Both the position numbers and the translations under genes were made by a program. Under the pieces are notes generated by a model that made no database searches, was not told where the DNA came from, and worked only from the letters and a program-made list of their open reading frames with translations. A stretch of 64,000 nucleotides of DNA, counting the filler, from Globobulimina sp. (Eukaryota), in assembly GCA_003354225.1 (NCBI GenBank). It is 14 parts of 14 records of this genome, joined end to end, with 100 filler letters (N's around TTAATTAATTAA, not from the genome) between each part and the next. Parts side by side here need not be neighbours in the genome. Positions count along the whole stretch, not along the records: positions 59,599 to 64,000 come from PIVH01001279.1; 13 more parts are not named here. One strand, 5' to 3'. The number at the start of each line of letters is the position of its first letter. Position 1 is the stretch's first letter. Of the stretch, positions 62,880-64,000 are shown one piece after another.

Positions 62880-62940
62880 TTATGCATAAATTATAATAAT
62901 TATTCTACAATTAAAAAATCGACAATGTTATGTGCAAAAA

Positions 62941-64000
62941 TCATAATTGCATAGAGACAATTGTATCTGTCCCACAATGAAATATAACCCTGTCCTCAAC
63001 CACAGTCACGCCACCTTTTATAAATTGATTATTTGGACATGACACCGTATGAATATATCTCCCATTGAATAAATTATGAATAAAGACATGACCACTCCAC
63101 GATGGAATAAATACTAAATCCCCCGAAATTGTCAGTGGTGCTATAAACAATGCCGAACCTGTCTCAAATTCACCAATCGGAGGTCGAACAACATTTCCTT
63201 CAATCACAGTTTCCGATGGAGGTCGAATATCATTTCCATCCATATCTCTCTCGCACTCTCTCACCACACTATATGCTAAATCAAAATATCTGTCATACAC
63301 ACTGTCATTGCAGTCATTAATTATGCCAAATGGATTCATGATTTGCCAAATGGTTTCTCCATTCTTTAAATCAATTCCATGGATGGAGCCAGCCTCTCCG
63401 CATATTTGTGTGCCATCAGCTAGAATTGTCTTATATCGTTGGTTTTGACTGCTTGGCTGACCGTTAAATTCTCGATTTGCTCCAGTTATGGTCACCACTG
63501 CAATCATATTCCTTTCATCCACACCAAGTCCAAATACACTGCCACCGCCAAAAGACCATCCACCCACTTTCTTTGCAATGACTACATCGCCGGATGGGAT
63601 CTTCACAAAAAATTGTAATCTTAAAAAATTGCCGTTTGTATATGCACATACCTTAAACACATAAAAATGTCCAGATTTTGGCGCAGCAATCCCATATAAT
63701 TCACCATCATTTGGATTTTTGAACGTTGCAACCGCAGCTAAGTCAGCGTCTGGTCCTTGAACTTGTATACAACCAGGCAATGAAAGATCATTTCGACAAA
63801 ATACGTCTTCGATATCAATCCCTTGCAAAGGAACAGCTGCTTCAATCTCAAATGTATGTTTATTTAATACGATAAAACTCGATGGATACACTCCTTTCTC
63901 TAAACATCTCCAATATTTTTCAAATGTGTCCTGTTGAGCTCTATCCACACCACACGGATCCATTGCATTTGCATTTTGTAGCGGCAATGCATCAAAATCA
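62941..64000 (-). CDS. PQQ-like beta-propeller protein (polyvinyl-alcohol-dehydrogenase-like), 5'-truncated
   Basis: GPDADL, KSGHFY, GIDLKNGETIWQ, SWSGHVF and KGGVTVV propeller motifs. Confidence 0.65.
   Translation of the reverse strand, partial: DFDALPLQNANAMDPCGVDRAQQDTFEKYWRCLEKGVYPSSFIVLNKHTFEIEAAVPLQGIDIEDVFCRNDLSLPGCIQVQGPDADLAAVATFKNPNDGELYGIAAPKSGHFYVFKVCAYTNGNFLRLQFFVKIPSGDVVIAKKVGGWSFGGGSVFGLGVDERNMIAVVTITGANREFNGQPSSQNQRYKTILADGTQICGEAGSIHGIDLKNGETIWQIMNPFGIINDCNDSVYDRYFDLAYSVVRECERDMDGNDIRPPSETVIEGNVVRPPIGEFETGSALFIAPLTISGDLVFIPSWSGHVFIHNLFNGRYIHTVSCPNNQFIKGGVTVVEDRVIFHCGTDTIVSMQL

Overview
This is not one locus. It is a concatenation of 14 unrelated contigs of about 4.48-4.49 kb, sorted by decreasing length and joined by an artificial 100-nt linker (44 N + TTAATTAATTAA + 44 N). 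The DNA is from an AT-rich, very gene-dense eukaryote with short spliceosomal introns (47-113 nt) and very short intergenic spacers. The gene repertoire (paired G-alpha genes, kelch/TLDc/BTB proteins, Cys-rich receptors with PT stalks, ADP-ribosyltransferase-like proteins, NRT2, VTC) suggests a rhizarian, most likely a foraminifer; this is inference only. Recognisable genes: NPP phosphodiesterase (3' end), CE4 deacetylase, VPS18, M17 leucyl aminopeptidase, MYND protein, double C-type-lectin/WSC protein, VTC4-like polyphosphate polymerase, beta-carbonic anhydrase, class-3 lipase, DBP2-like helicase, BTB-TLDc, YKT6, NRT2-like transporter, prefoldin 5, two G-alpha subunits, C2H2 factor and a PQQ-like propeller. 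The most notable observation is in the splice sites: I rebuilt 29 introns by reading-frame continuity, and 10 use a +1-shifted donor (GTT-W-H-GT) that never follows an exonic G. Other highlights are an NRT2 lacking its TM2 Arg and first nitrate signature, a YKT6 lacking the zero-layer Arg, an ART-fold/MATH-like protein, an SPX-less VTC4, a 7-nt duplication frameshifting the aminopeptidase, and a TTA-flanked MITE. No rRNA, tRNA or CRISPR array was recognised. All intron calls are manual and have no transcript support.
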